NCBI GenBank assembly: GCA_013239625.1
Contig: MU054132.1
Coordinates: 1 to 64,000 of the forward strand
Source: Lama guanicoe
Taxonomy: Eukaryota
Direction: 5' to 3'
DNA: 64,000 nucleotides
The notes below the pieces were generated by a model. It was not told the DNA's origin. It did not search any database and saw only the letters and a program-made list of their open reading frames with translations. Shown here one piece after another: positions 12,456 to 25,700 of the stretch. Within the stretch, counting starts at the first letter, position 1; each line of letters opens with the position of its first letter. A program made the position numbers and the translations under genes.

Positions 12456-15400
12456 TGGTATTTAGGACCCTTGAAAGATATGTTTGGTGCCACCCTGAGA
12501 TATTTTCTGTAAATAGCACATGTTTTTGAAAGTTACTGATTGTGTGTTTGTCAATGGGCAGAATGCTGCTGTAGGGGACAGTTCAGAGTTGCTTACTTCT
12601 TGGTTTTCACTGGAAATTAAGGTTTTTAAGAGATGAGAATTCTAGTGTAAACATGTCAGTAAAGCCACTGAAAATAATAAGGGAAACATTTCAGTATTCA
12701 GTGGGAAGGTAGGATATATGTTTTGAGTGAAGAAAGGTATGAAGAGTGGTGTTGCACTTTGTTAAGGGCAAAGAAACTGATTTGGTCCTGGAGCCGGTTG
12801 TTTGTGGATAAGGGAAAAAACAGAGGACAGGCTCATGGGGACACAGAAGGTTGTGGAGGGTTTATGGGAAGGGAGCCCTAAGAAAAAGGAGTCCTGTGCA
12901 TGGTCCTGCAGAGATTAAGCTTAATTAGGTGAGTGGATTTTGCTACTAAAAGTAGGTTGGTGTAGGACTAGATTTGGTTTCTCTCTGTTAAGAGAACAAG
13001 TTTGCTTAGAGTGCTTGTGATACTAGACGGTGTGAAACTTTCTGATAGTTTTTACAAGCTTCCTATCACATCTTGTTGACTAAAATAAAATTACACAACA
13101 TGAGAGTTGTAGGTTAAGGTTTATTTGGAACAAAATGAGGAGTATAGCCTGGGAGACAGCATCCCAGATAGCTCTGAGAAACTGTTCCAAAGAGGCAGGG
13201 GGAGAACTCAGTATTATATATGATTTCACTAAGGGGGGCATGTGCAATCAGGCACACGTTTAGGCAGAGGCTTGCTGCTAGTCACCAGGAGCAGATGTCA
13301 CCATTAATGATTTTAGTGCTTTTCTAGATATGAGGAGACATAAGAGTTGATATCATAAAATCTTCTCCTGAAAAATAACTATCTGAATGCCTGTTCAGTT
13401 TTCCCAGAGCACAGAGCGTCTCATTCCTGACCTCCATCCTGAACACCTTTCAGGGTGTGTTGGAGGTCAGCGGCTGTAGTGGCTTGTGATTTAATCCAAG
13501 CAGAGTTAGATGGCAAGTGCCAATATTTAGTTAGCAAGGCCCCCTCATGGTCATTAATTTGACCATAGTTTGGGAGGTATTTCATGGCCATTTTGTCCCA
13601 TGGTGCTAGGAATGCTTATCCCTAGGTCAGGCGAGGATTTTGTTGACAGGCCACTCACTGTGGTGTTCGGGATGAGGCCTTTTTAACAGTAGCACCAAGT
13701 CTCTGGATCCCCTGTCTTACTAGTCCGTTATGGTCCAGGAAAATATTCCCTCTTGTTGCTTCTTCCCATATCTAGACTTACACCATTACAGTCACTGGCC
13801 TCATACAGAACTCTGTATCTGGTCTACTGCTTCAAGTTGTCTAGTCATTATTTTATCAGAGGCTCAGTCATATATTTGGTAATGCAAGAAACCACAATTT
13901 TGTAAAACAGGCAAAATACAAATAATTTAGTTAACTGTATTAGTAAGGTCATAAGTAAGAATTTATGCCAAGAACTTCCATTAGGTGTGGCCCAGTGTAT
14001 CACCAGTTCATCTGACTCAGCCTTTTCTGTACCAATCCTTATCTTTTGAGTAAGATGTTACACAGGCATCGTTCATAGGGCACCCAGCCAAATTTTCTAG
14101 CGTTATTAGGTTGGTTACCCTTAGTCTAGTTTAATTTTTCCCAATGTAAGGGAGCCTTTACACTTAAATGTCCACAGCCTGGTGTTAACCATATAAGTCT
14201 TTCCCATAATTAAGGGAGGTTATAGTCTTTCCCTGAAATTTTACTTGTTGCTTTGATTGAGCTTTAGTGATCTTATAAGAAAATTCATATTCATGGCCAG
14301 GCCCAGTGTGGGTATTATTAATTGGCCGGGTGAGGAGATCCCACCTAGTAATATCAATAGTGGCCTAAACAGAACTATGCTTTCTTTTTTTTAGAATAAA
14401 TTTTCTAAAGGCTTGGAGTGGGGAAACCCACCACGGTAACCCAGAGGTACTGGATATAGGTAATTGACCTTAAACCTAACAATTGGATTAAATTTAACTC
14501 TGCATAAAGTTGTGAAATACATTTAGCTCATAAGCAAAGGTATGAGCTATTATCAAAGTAATGGGTATACAGGCCTGGACCAGTGTCTTGGGTCAGCTGT
14601 CTACCTCAGATGTCGTCTTCTCATCCTGGTCTGGTAGCTTCTCTTTTGAGCATTGTTTTGGAGTGATTGTGATGTCAGTAGTCCTCTATATAGGTTAGTC
14701 TAGTGCAGAGGCCCTTTGTAATTGGAAATATTAATCCAACAGTCAATTCCCTTCAGTTTCACTAGCACGAGCTAGTTAAGAGTACCTGATAAAGGTTCTT
14801 CCATCTCGGTTGGAGATAATCCTTAAACTGTCTTTTCCAGTGTGCAAAATCTTTTGGTTGCAGGTCATGGGGCATCAGATCTTCATCCAAAGACAGATTT
14901 CTGAGGTAAGCTTCAGAAACAAATGTACAGTGTCCTTTTAATAATTCAGTTAAACTTTACAAAACAACAAAGATCTATCTGGGAAGTGAGTCCTAGGCAG
15001 TAAATGCAGACCTCCATTAACAAAACTAGAATTTCATATTCACCAAAACATAATTTTTTCTAAGTTATCCTCATTTTTATCAAATACAGCAAAATCAATA
15101 TTAATTTGTCTGCAAGTTAGTCTGATTATTTGATCATATAGGCTCTTTTATATTGCCTGTGTCAGAACTTTTCATAAGGAGACTCAGGCCAAAATTTTAA
15201 TAAGGACTTCTAGGTCCAGGAAAACCACATCAAGGGCTTGTCACAGGTTTTGCTGTACAGATCTTTTGGAGGTCCTCAAAATACCTTCAGAGTCCTATGT
15301 TAGGAGGTGGTCTTGAAGCCACTGGGGACCTAAGAGTCTCCCATCTTTAGAGGGATCAGATAGAAAAGATGACTGTTCCAAGCCTGCTTACTGCTTACAT

Positions 15401-16961
15401 AGGTGTAATAGAGCAGATGGCCCTGAGCCATAATTAGCTTAAGGAGAAGGGTTTCTTTATATCTGGAAAACACAGGTTAAACAGTAATGTTTCAGACAGG
15501 AACCATAAAAATTACACCCATTATCAGCCAGTTCACTCAGTCCTATGTAACTAATCCTTTTTTGTTATTAGGTTTACAAAGCCATCAGATTTTCCATTAG
15601 AATTCTTTAATTTCTTACCCAATTCAACATTAAGGTCTGAAAGTTAACAAAAACCTGTACTTATCAAAGAAGTCTTTTCTATAAAAGCTTCTTGAAGAGG
15701 AGGAACCTTGTAAAGGCATCACAGTAAACCATAACTATCTATGAATGGTAAAACAAGGCATGATTAAAAACTTGATTACAGAGCAGTTGACAAGAAACTT
15801 GGGTACTGCTGTGCCATAACATTTTAAGATAATAACTAGAATTATGACTAATAGCATTTTACCAGGATATGCCAGATTTTTAAGAGTTCTATATACTTTC
15901 TAGGATATCTATATTAATAACATTTTTCCATGCAGTATAACCTAAGAAGATTTATTATTCACTGGACAATAGTTCCCATGTAATTTAACATACCAATGAA
16001 ACTTACTAGTTTAAAATCTCTCTTTGGGATGTTCAGGGACCCTCTGAAGCATTCCAAGGTTAGATGGAGGTCAAAAGAACTCTGATTAAAATTTGATAGT
16101 TGGGAAATTTGTTAAAAAGCTTGAAAATAATTGATGAAAGCATAGGTCACTATGGAACAATACTTATCCCCAAGATAACAATAAAATATTTCAAAGGCAA
16201 ATGCAGAACAGATCCCCTAAGGGGTAAAAGAAAGTTCACAATCTGTTACTAAAAGAAGATTGACATTTTAAGAAAAGTTTGTCCTCTTAACAGAGAGAGA
16301 AAACTGAATCTAGTCTTGTACCAGCTTACTTCTAAGATTCATTTACTCAACTAAATTTATTGTAAACTTAGCTAATCCCAACTATTTACAAAACCCATAC
16401 CTTCTTTTACACACTCATCTTACTATCCCTAGCACACTGAGATGTTTCCCTTAATAACAGAATATTTCAGGGTGGCACCAAACATTTATTAATATTTCTA
16501 AATACCTTTAGTTTCTCTATGAGAAGTCAATGTTCAGTCATTAACATTTCAATATCTTATATTATCTGAAAATGACCTAGCTATTTAATAAACTTTCATC
16601 ATTTAACTTAATTTAGCACAATTCTAAAATTTCAAGTTACCAAATATCTGGGGAGACCATTTGAGTAGACATTCCTGAAATAATCATTCCTAAAGATTTT
16701 ACCCAAAAGCTCTTTCTCATTTGCATTTAAGTCACTTATAAGAATATTATACCAAGTTATTTTTCTTGCAGACATATTTGTAATGGATATGACAAGGTCT
16801 TATTGGACTTCTGAACCTCAGTACAATAGAAGTTTTCTGCTTAACATTAATGAATCCAAAGACATGTCTATATTAATCAAACCAATAAGCTTAATCTAGC
16901 TTCAAATACCAGGTATCGATTTACTACTGAATATTTTCTAGATCACGTCAGCCTGACTTTC

Positions 16962-17765
16962 TTTCTTTCTTTTTCTTTCTTTTTCTCCTGGGGTAACTTT
17001 CTTTTTTATTGAAGTATAGTTGATTTACAACGTGTTAGTTTCTGATGTTCAACAAAGTAATTCAGTTATACTCATATGTATACATCTACTCTTTTTCAGA
17101 TTTTTTTTTCCATTATAGATAATTACAAGCTATTGAATATAGTTCCCTGTGCTGTACAGTAGGACCTTGTTATATATCTATTTTATATATAGTAGTTTTC
17201 TATCTGTTAATCCCAAACTCCTAATTTATGCCTCCCACCCTTTTCCCCCTAGTAACCATAAGTTTGTTTTCTATGTCTGTAAGCCTTTTTCTGTTTTGTA
17301 AGTAAGTTCATTTGTGTCTTTTTTTAGATTCTACAGATAAGTGACATATGATATTTGTCTTTCACTGTCCAGCTTATTTCACTTAGCATGACAATCTCCA
17401 GGTCCATCCATGTTGCTGCAAATGGCATTGTTTCATTCTTTTTATGGCCGAGTAGTATTCCATTGTGTATGTGTGTGTGTGTGTGTGTGTATATACATAC
17501 ACACATATATATGTAGATATATGACATATATGTAACATATTCTTTATCCAGTCATCTGTCAATGGACATGTAGGTTGCTTCCATGTCTTGGCTATTGTGT
17601 ATAGTGCTGCTGTGAACGTTGGGGTGCAGGTGTCTTTTTGAATTGGAGTTTTCTCTGGATATATGCCCAGGAGTGGGATTGCTGGATCATAGGGTAACTC
17701 TATTTTTGGTTTTTTAAGGAATCTCCATACTGTCCTCCACAGTGGCTGCACCAATTTACATTCAC
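16962..17765 (-). mobile_element. L1 3' fragment (ORF2 C-terminus, 3' UTR, A-rich tail) forming the 3' part of the chimeric insertion 16962-20064
   Basis: ORF 17383-17754 ([14 protein letters not shown]...[15 protein letters not shown]...YTMEYYSAIK) is the L1 ORF2p C-terminus. T-rich tail at 16958-17010. Confidence 0.93.
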
Positions 17766-17863
17766 TGAGTTAGCTTTTGTTTAAATGGTGATTATGTTAG
17801 ACTCAAAAGAAACAGTGCCTTCCCATTTTAGCACTTCCCCCTCCCCCACCCCAGGCTTAAGCT

Positions 17864-17865
<2 letters not shown>

Positions 17866-17895
<30 letters not shown>
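17866..17895. repeat. (TTG)n microsatellite
   Basis: About 10 tandem ttg units. Confidence 0.9.
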
Positions 17896-18567
17896 AGGAA
17901 GTGTGGGGTGAGCCAGCTTTTACTTAGATGACGATGATGTGCAGGCTTAGAAAAATTTATGACGTTCAAGGATGATGACTACTTGGTTTCTCACCAGCAG
18001 GGCCACAGCGTTAGGGCATCTTCTCTGTCATAGGCAGGAGATCTGACACACGTGGGAACCAGGAGCTGGATGCTGTGCACAGGGCTGCTTCTGGCAGGAA
18101 TTTTATTATAACCACTTCAACACACCTCTCTGCCGCTGGTCCCTCAGGAAAATAATGATGACGTTGTTGTACTGATTGCATCTTTAACTGCATCTTTAAC
18201 TCCGTTTAGTTTTAAGGGAGTTTCCCTATGCCTCCAAGATGGAATTGTCCCCCTAAAGAGCATAGAAGGCTTTTCTTGGTGAATTTTGATACTTCACTAA
18301 CATTGTAGACCAGCAAAGGCTGGGCTTTCTGACTTGTACGTCAATCTCAGGTTCCATTTGTGACGGGGAGAGGTGGGCGTTAGGCGGGAGGGAGAGTGAA
18401 GACTATAGAAATGGCCTCAACCAAATGAGTAACTAGTTGTTAAAGCTAGCCAGTTTCTTCCCTAACTCTGCTGATCGGCAGGGTGTGTGGCGTGTCTCCT
18501 GGCTGACGGCAGCTCCTAGGAGATGCATTCGCATTCAACCCACCCATCCTGCTGTCTTCTCTTCCAG

Positions 18568-18682
18568 GGAGCTATAGATTTCACTGCCTCCAGCGGAGAC
18601 CCCTGAAACAGCTGTTCCCTGCAATACATCTGCCCTGACCAGCACAAGGAGTACCTAAAGAGGTTTGCCAAGACTATGACAG
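18568..18682 (+). pseudogene. CPNE4: Isolated decayed copine exon (vWA/A-domain start) with its own splice sites; CPNE4-like, CPNE7 not excluded
   Basis: ctgtcttctcttccag|exon|gtagga. Translates [30 protein letters not shown] then, after a frameshift, VCQDYD(S). Compare copine-4/7 [45 protein letters not shown]. TGA at 18604 replaces Arg, and a ~19-nt deletion near 18660 removes ALVAVG. Confidence 0.85.
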
Positions 18683-18969
18683 GTAGGAGACTGCGTTGGC
18701 CCCAGCCTCACCAGTGGCTCCTGGCCGACCCTTCGCAGAAGAATAGAAATTTCAGTCTGGCACTGACTCACACTGAAACTCATGAAAGAACAGAATAAAA
18801 CCTTGCCCCAGACGTGTTATCCTCTCCCAGCCTACAGAACTGAGTTTGTGCCTGCTCACCCGGGTCACCCAAATAATTCCTTCTCCATTTTCTTCTCTTC
18901 ATTGGCCGTCAGGACCACTGGATGGTGATTTGGGTTTCCATGTTGTAAAGTTTTAGGAGGTGTCTTGTT

Positions 18970-19113
18970 ATGTAAAGTCTGGCCCATGGACCAGTGGCAT
19001 AATATCACCTAGGGACTGAGAATGTCAGGCCCAACTCGAGACTCTGAAGCAGAATCTGCATTTTAATGAGATTGCCAGATGACCTGTGTGCACTTTGAAG
19101 TTTGAGAAGCACC
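18970..19113. mobile_element. MER5A-like hAT-Charlie MITE inside the captured copine intron
   Basis: Motifs ...agaatctgcattttaatgagattgccagatgac...tgaagtttgagaagcac resemble MER5A. Confidence 0.7.
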
Positions 19114-22113
19114 AATTTATTGGGAACTATTCTCTCCAACCCTTGCAGGGACCCTTCTGTAGTAACGGGAGAGGAAAGCCATGTAGGAGGGGAGGCAGTC
19201 TGGGCCCTGCCCCACCACAGAGGCAGATTTAAACCCAGCTTAGCTCACTCCGCAGCTGAAGCTGGTAATTGTGTGGTCTTGCTGACCACAAAAGCTGTTG
19301 GTGACTACAGCAGAGGGTGTGTGTCTGCCTACGAGCACACGTGTACGTGTGTGGATTTAGAAAACGTGATTTTGAGGTCAGCTCAGCATTATATTTATTT
19401 TTACTTGATGGTAAATATTGACCTTTCCAGCAAGAGAATTCCTTGTAAGAAGTAATTTGCATAAATTACATTAAACTGAATTTATTCTGCCTTTCCAGCA
19501 TTTCCAGGTTGAGGTGAGGTCATTCACCTGTTTGTTCAAGAAGGCTCTTTGAGGTAGAAGCAATGTAAACATAAATATGGGTGAATCTCAGTTGAGTCCT
19601 GGTGGGATTGTAAAACAAGGCTGGTTAGTAATGAGCAGTAACAAGCTGACCTGTTAAACCAGGAAAACAAAGAAAGCGACTCTGTCTTCCAGTTTCAGGA
19701 GATATTATAGGATAGCCTGATTTCTGCTTTTTTAGCCTCATAATTAGCGATAACTGTATTAAAAACCTGGTATACAGGAAGTGACACAACCTAGTGACCA
19801 GAATGTGCAGAGAAACCAACAGGACAGGTAACAGGTAAGTTTCCATCAGGATCCTTCCCACTGGTGAGTCCCTGAACTCAACTTGGTCATTGTCAGAAAC
19901 AGGTGGACGTCCAGCCAGTTGGGGATGAAAGAACAGGTCCAGTGAAATCAGACTGCTTTGAGCACTAAGGCCCTTATGCATTTGGAACAGAGGGCAATAA
20001 ATAGCACTTTAAATTATCTTGTTGAAGTGAGCCTTACACTTAACCATGAGATACTGACTATGAAACGTGAACCCGATTTTCATTCTGGCCAGCTTCTTTT
20101 ATATTTTTGAATGTTTATATAAGCATTTAATTTTCTTTAAGCCAGTGAAATAGAGCTCTTTTACTAATTAATTTTGGTTATGCCATACATCTATGACACA
20201 CAAACACACAAAGCACAAAGACCTCATAGTTCTCATTCCAACACTCTAGCCATGAATCGGGTACACAATGTAAAACCCATCAGTTACAAGTGGTTGGATT
20301 CAGACTGGGTTTCTGGCAGATGGAACAAATCAAAGTTGCCTGTCAAGATAGATAAACATTTTTACTAAGTTCTATGGAAGACATGTAAGACTCTTTGTCC
20401 TTGACAAGTCAAGTTCCAAATTACCCCCTTTCTCAAAATTTGCAATCCAGAGGTTGTAACAGTAGTTGAGTCATTGGTACCCCCATAATTCCCGCTACTG
20501 GGACAGAAGTTTCTGATAGTGTTCCCAATTTACAGTTCAGAACTGAGTATGCCACTCCAGTATTCACTAGAAAGTCCACTAGTTGAGACCTACTGTCAGT
20601 TGTACCTGAGGCTCCTGGGTGGCAATTGTTACGAGGGTCTTTAACATGCTAGGAGCCCTGGGCCCCATCAGTCCTCACCATCTTCCTCATCTATGGTTCC
20701 TTGGGTGACCAGTACATTGGAAGGTACTTGTTCTTCATTTTCTTTGATTTTAGTTTGGGGCAATCCTTTCTGCAGTGTCCCTTCTCTTTGCAGTAGACAC
20801 ACTGATTAATCATCACAGCTGGCTTTTTCTTATCTCCCTCTTGCCCTTTGGGCCTTTGTTGACTAAAGGCCCCTGGGTGAGTTCCTATCATGACATTAAT
20901 TGGCTTTCTGTTTCTCTCTTCTCTAGCATTATAAACCTTAAAGGCAATTTCCAGTAATTCTCTGGGGGTTTTTGGCTCCTGCTCCTTCAATCTTGTTTAA
21001 TTTATGCTTTATACCACCTGAGCTCTGGCTGATGGAAGTCCCAGTTACCACGCGTGCATCTTCAGGATCATCAGGATTACGGTGCTGCACTTTTCATAAG
21101 CCTGATGGGTCCATCCCAGAAAAGTGGACGGTCTTTCTGTTGGTTCCTGTTTCAGGGCTTGCACCTTGTCAAAGCTAGCCTGTTTTGGGAAGCCCTTTCT
21201 GAGGCTAGTTAGGACACATTTTCTACCGTGGGCATTTGTGTGTTCCTTTGATTTAGACATTGGGCCTCCTTCTGAGTGGCCTCTGAAACCATTCTTTTTC
21301 TTAGTCGTAGGTGGATAACTACAATTAGACCAGTCATTCAAGATCTTATCCAGTGGGCTACCAGATGGACTAGATGTCACACCCCCCCATAGTACCTTAC
21401 TTCAAATATGTAAATACAAATACACATTTCAGATTGTAATGTCAGGCCTTTGTCAGTAAATAGAAGCACAATCTTACAAATGACAGGTTAGTCAGTATGG
21501 ATACAGAAAAAAAGAAAACAGATTCAAAATCTACTTTTGCTTCCAATCTCTTAGCCTGAGATCTCAGTTACAGATGAGTGTCTGTTACTCAAATTCAGAC
21601 AAGGAGTCCCCCACCTGTCTAACCAGAGAGCTCCCAATGGGAGGTCAAGGGGCCTTGGTCATCACCAGGAACTTACCCTAGACCTGCTGATCTGATGTAG
21701 CACTTCAAAGAAACAGAGCCATCTTTTCTTCCTCCAAGGGGTTAGTTTGGGTGACTGCAGTCCATTGATGGGTGGAAGGGCGAGGGATGAAATGATCCCC
21801 AGAGCAAAATTGGCCCTGGCAGCTGCTGGGCTCCATTCTCCACCATCCCTCCCATCAGCCCAGAGGGGCAGTTATTCAAGCCTTGATGGCCCAGCAATGG
21901 GGTGGAAACTGAAGCTCCTCTTAGAAAAGAGGGTGGTCTCACACCTCACATTGGGTGCCATGAATTTGTTGCCAAAAGATTGGCCCCCATCCCTGATGAG
22001 CCAAATTGAAACTCAGAAACAAGGTCTTAGAGCTTAGAAGAAAGAGACTGCTTTGTTGCATTGCTGGGCACAGGGGACTCACAGCAGGCTGGTGCCTTCA
22101 AAACTGTGAACCC

Positions 22114-22250
22114 GGGGGGAGGGTATAGCTCAGTGGAAGTGTGCCTAGCATTCACAAGGTTCTGGGCCCAATCCCCAGTACCTCCTCCAGGCATAAAGAA
22201 ATAAATAAAACCTAATTCCCACCCCCAAACAAAAACAAAACAAAACAAAA
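22114..22250 (+). mobile_element. tRNA-derived SINE, camelid Vic-1-like, inside LTR B
   Basis: ggggggagggtatagctcagtgg start and TSD aa(a/c)ctgtgaaccc. Confidence 0.85.
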
Positions 22251-22724
22251 AACCTGTGAACCCAACTTGGGGATGGGGCAAGGTGATTATATAGCCATGG
22301 CTCAAACAATAAAGCACTGATAACAATCAACTGAATCATCTTTTGTCATAAGACTTAGAGTGGTCTCATGGTGTCTCCAGATGGCCAGTTTTATAGAGGC
22401 TAGCAGTTGTCACTTTTTCAATCTCTTTTTCTTGTAAGCACCTATGGTATGGTCTTGGTAATTCAGGCTATTTGTAAGTTTACAGTTTCATGACCTCCCT
22501 GGGGAACTCAGAAACCAAATATGATTATTACTTACAATTACTAGAATAAAGCAGAAACATTATAATTAATAACTTTATTTTAACAATAGGCCTGGAGCTG
22601 TGAGTAGTAACTGGTCAGTCAGGTTAGTAGACTGTTTTAAGGACAAGCATAAGAATAAGCAATCTATTAGCCTAACTGGAACCATTTTATTAATTCCCCT
22701 TCAGTTAGAGAATGATCCAGGTGC

Positions 22725-25700
22725 TGTAACTGAGCAGGACCCTGTGGGGCCTTCCAGGGTCAGACCCCTCTCCCATATCCTCTGCTGTAGCTCCTCTCTT
22801 GAATGGCCCAGATAATAGTATCTCATGTATATTTCCTGAGTTTTCCAGATGCTTAAAAATACCACCAAAGGGAAGAAATTAACTATTTGATGATCAAGGG
22901 CACACAGCCCCAGACCTTCTGGCACCTACGGCTTGATGGTGTTGACTGCCCTGTTACCTCCACATCAACCAGATAACTTCCCACCTTCTTTACCTGGCCT
23001 TTAAATATGCTTTGCTGAAATCCTTCAAGGAGTTCAAGGTTTTCTTGGGCATGAGCGACCCCATCCTCATTGCTTAGCTCTGTAATAAACCTTTCTCTGC
23101 ACCAAACTTCAATGTTCCAGTTTGTTTGGTCTCATGGTGCAGCAGGCACATGAATTTGCCTTCAGTAACAGTTTTGTGAGCCAGCACAGGAGTCTGTGTC
23201 TGTGGCAGGTCAACCCCGGTCAGGGGCAGCCCCTTCCCTGGGTCCCAGCAACTGTCAGAGATCACTTAGCTCCAGGGAACCAGGAGGGACAATTCCTGCC
23301 AGGTGCCTGGTGCCCAAAGGCATGAGGCTATTTGGAGCCAAGAAAAGTCTGGAGCTATGGTCCGCATTCAGTGTCATCTGGGGGTGAGTCTTTCTAGCGC
23401 ATGCAGGCTGGGGAGTCTCTTCACCCACTCTGGGCTCACTCCCACTGGGAAGTGAGCCACTCTGGGTCCATTCTCTGCTGGGAGCTGGACCCATCTGTCT
23501 GGAGGCCTCCATTTGGTAGCTGAAGTGGAATTCTTAGACTACGTCCCCTCTGATTGTCTGTGCAACTGTAGCTTATTTGTTGTTTGGAAAATTCTACCCT
23601 CTACATCTGGGTTCCTTCCTTTACTGAGAGTAAGCCCCTCTGGTCTCACTCTGGAGTCACTCTGGGTCCATTTTCTTTTGAGAGCTGAGCCAGTCTGGGA
23701 AGCCTCCATCTGGGAATGGAAGTGGAATTTGGGGCTACACCTTGTCTGATCTTTTGTTTATGGGAACATGTCTGTTGTGTATAAGTGTATGTGTCAGAAC
23801 TTGCACTGATCAGCCGAGATGTCTTTGAGTAATGGGGCTTGCCTGTGATGACACCAGGGTGTCCTTCCCTGTTGCAATGGCCTCACTTGTGCAGAGTGTT
23901 GGTCAGATTTTCCCTTTCTAGCCTGGGTCTTTCATTTTGCTTCATCTCTGATGGGGCCTCAGTTGGGGTTCTCCCCTTTTGGATTGACGGGGCATTGGTT
24001 AGGCATCTCCCTTTGGGGCTAGGGAACTGTGACCCTCAGGGACCATTTTGAATTGTTGTTTGCTTAACATTTGATAACATTGGCCATGAATAACTAAGTG
24101 TGGATGATCAGAGATCTTTTCCTTCTTATATATACAGTCCTCCTAGAGTATATTTTGCAAAACTGGGAGATCTTCAGCTATGCTCCCATAAATGAAAGAA
24201 TATGACATATTTATTGCAACACTGTGACCTCAGCACTCCCTGAGATCTAGAGAACAATAACCCCTAATGGCTCTGCTATTATATCAAAGTGGGCCTTTTG
24301 CAGCTTGGCTTTTATCTTGGGGGTGTGTGTGTGTGTGTGTGTGTATTTGAGTGTCATGGTACCTGAGTCCAGATCATATTTTCTCTTCCTAGTTTGCTGA
24401 AAGTGAGGCATCTGAATGTGAGTGAATTTTATATCTATATATATGTGTGTGTGTGTGTGTATGTATATATATAATTTGTATGAACATTTAGAGGAGGACT
24501 TTATATTTCTCTTTCTGTGCCTTTGAGATGTAAATGATCTACCTGGGCTTTCAAGGAAAAAAACTTTTTTCCCAAACTCAGGCACAAAAACAGATCTCTG
24601 GTTCTGTCTTTCTTTATGTAAAATTAACATTAAAAGAATTCTATTTAATTGACTTAAAAGTAAGCACTTACAACGTAAATACATCTAAGTATAAAAGAAG
24701 CTAGACAACAAATTTCAGGCTCGTGTGATCATTCATGTGATCATATTGAAATTTTCAACATTAAATTAATATCTAATATTGTCTAGCTTCAGTTTGTTGA
24801 TATTCATTGTGTCTGGGTTTACTGAAGGTCAATAGGTGCATGTTATTTGTGCTGCAGAGTTTTTCAGGAAGGAAAAAAATTCCACTAACTTGGTATGACA
24901 TAAGTAAATCAAATGCAAATAACATAATAGCTATTGGGTGAACTCTTTTGAAATAATTCTGCTTTAGCAATGTCTACTTAAAAATAACGTCTCCAGATAT
25001 TTGGTAACTTGAAATTTTAAGAGTTGTACTAAATGTGTCAAATGATGGAAGTTTGTTCAATAGCTAAGTCACTCCCGAACAAAGTAAGATACTGGAACAC
25101 TATTGACTGAACACTGGCTTCCCTTTACAGAGAAACTAAAGGTGTTTAGGGCTATGATTAAATATGTTTGGTGCCACACTGAGATTTTTTATAAAAAGCA
25201 GATGTTTCTAAAAATTATTATTGGTATTTATGTTTGCCAACCTACAGAATTCTAATGTAAAAGGCAGCTCATAATTGCTTACTTCTTGGTTTTCACTAGA
25301 AATTAAGGTTTTTAAGAGTTGAGGATTCTAATTTAAATGTCATTAAATCTAGTAAAAATAATAAAGGGAATATTTCACTATATGTTATATAGTAGGAAAA
25401 TAGGATATATGTTTTGAGTAAAACCTATGAGGAATGGAATTACAGTTTGTTAAAGGAAACGTTTGTAGAAAGGGACCCCTAAAAGAGTTTAGTGTATGGT
25501 CGGACTGAGATTAGATTAAACTTGAGTAAATGGTAGATGCTTTTTAAATTATTATTGTTATTTAAAAAAAACTGGTGCAGGACTAGATTTTGCTTCTCTC
25601 TGTTAAGAGGACAAGTTTACTTACTTGTAATAACAGGTGCTTTTGAGAACAGATTTTGTGAAACTTTTTGATGTTGTTGATAAACTTCCTATCAAATTCT

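Larger units (their letters stand above)
13074..22703 (-). mobile_element. Degenerate ERV1 provirus with non-matching LTRs: 5' LTR type B (21967-22703), tRNA-Lys PBS, gag-pro remnants, non-coding block, integrase C-terminus remnant, 3' LTR type E (13074-13536)
   Basis: PBS TGGCACCCAATGTGAGG (21944-21960) versus the Lys1,2 consensus TGGCGCCCAACGTGGGG. MA SGSPLDKILNDW. Major homology region (MHR)-like KVQALKQEPTERPSTFL. CCHC knuckle CVYCKEKGHCRKDC. Protease VDFLVNTGVAYSVLN at ~20535-20580. Integrase HDLQPKDFAHWKR..LQPRWKNLYQVLLT..KLKGIDCWI at ~14725-14870. Confidence 0.8.

Noticed and set aside
18155..18175. ATGATGA...CTGA resembling snoRNA C and D boxes
   Set aside because: Only ~10 nt separate the boxes and there is no terminal stem, which is too short for a C/D snoRNA.
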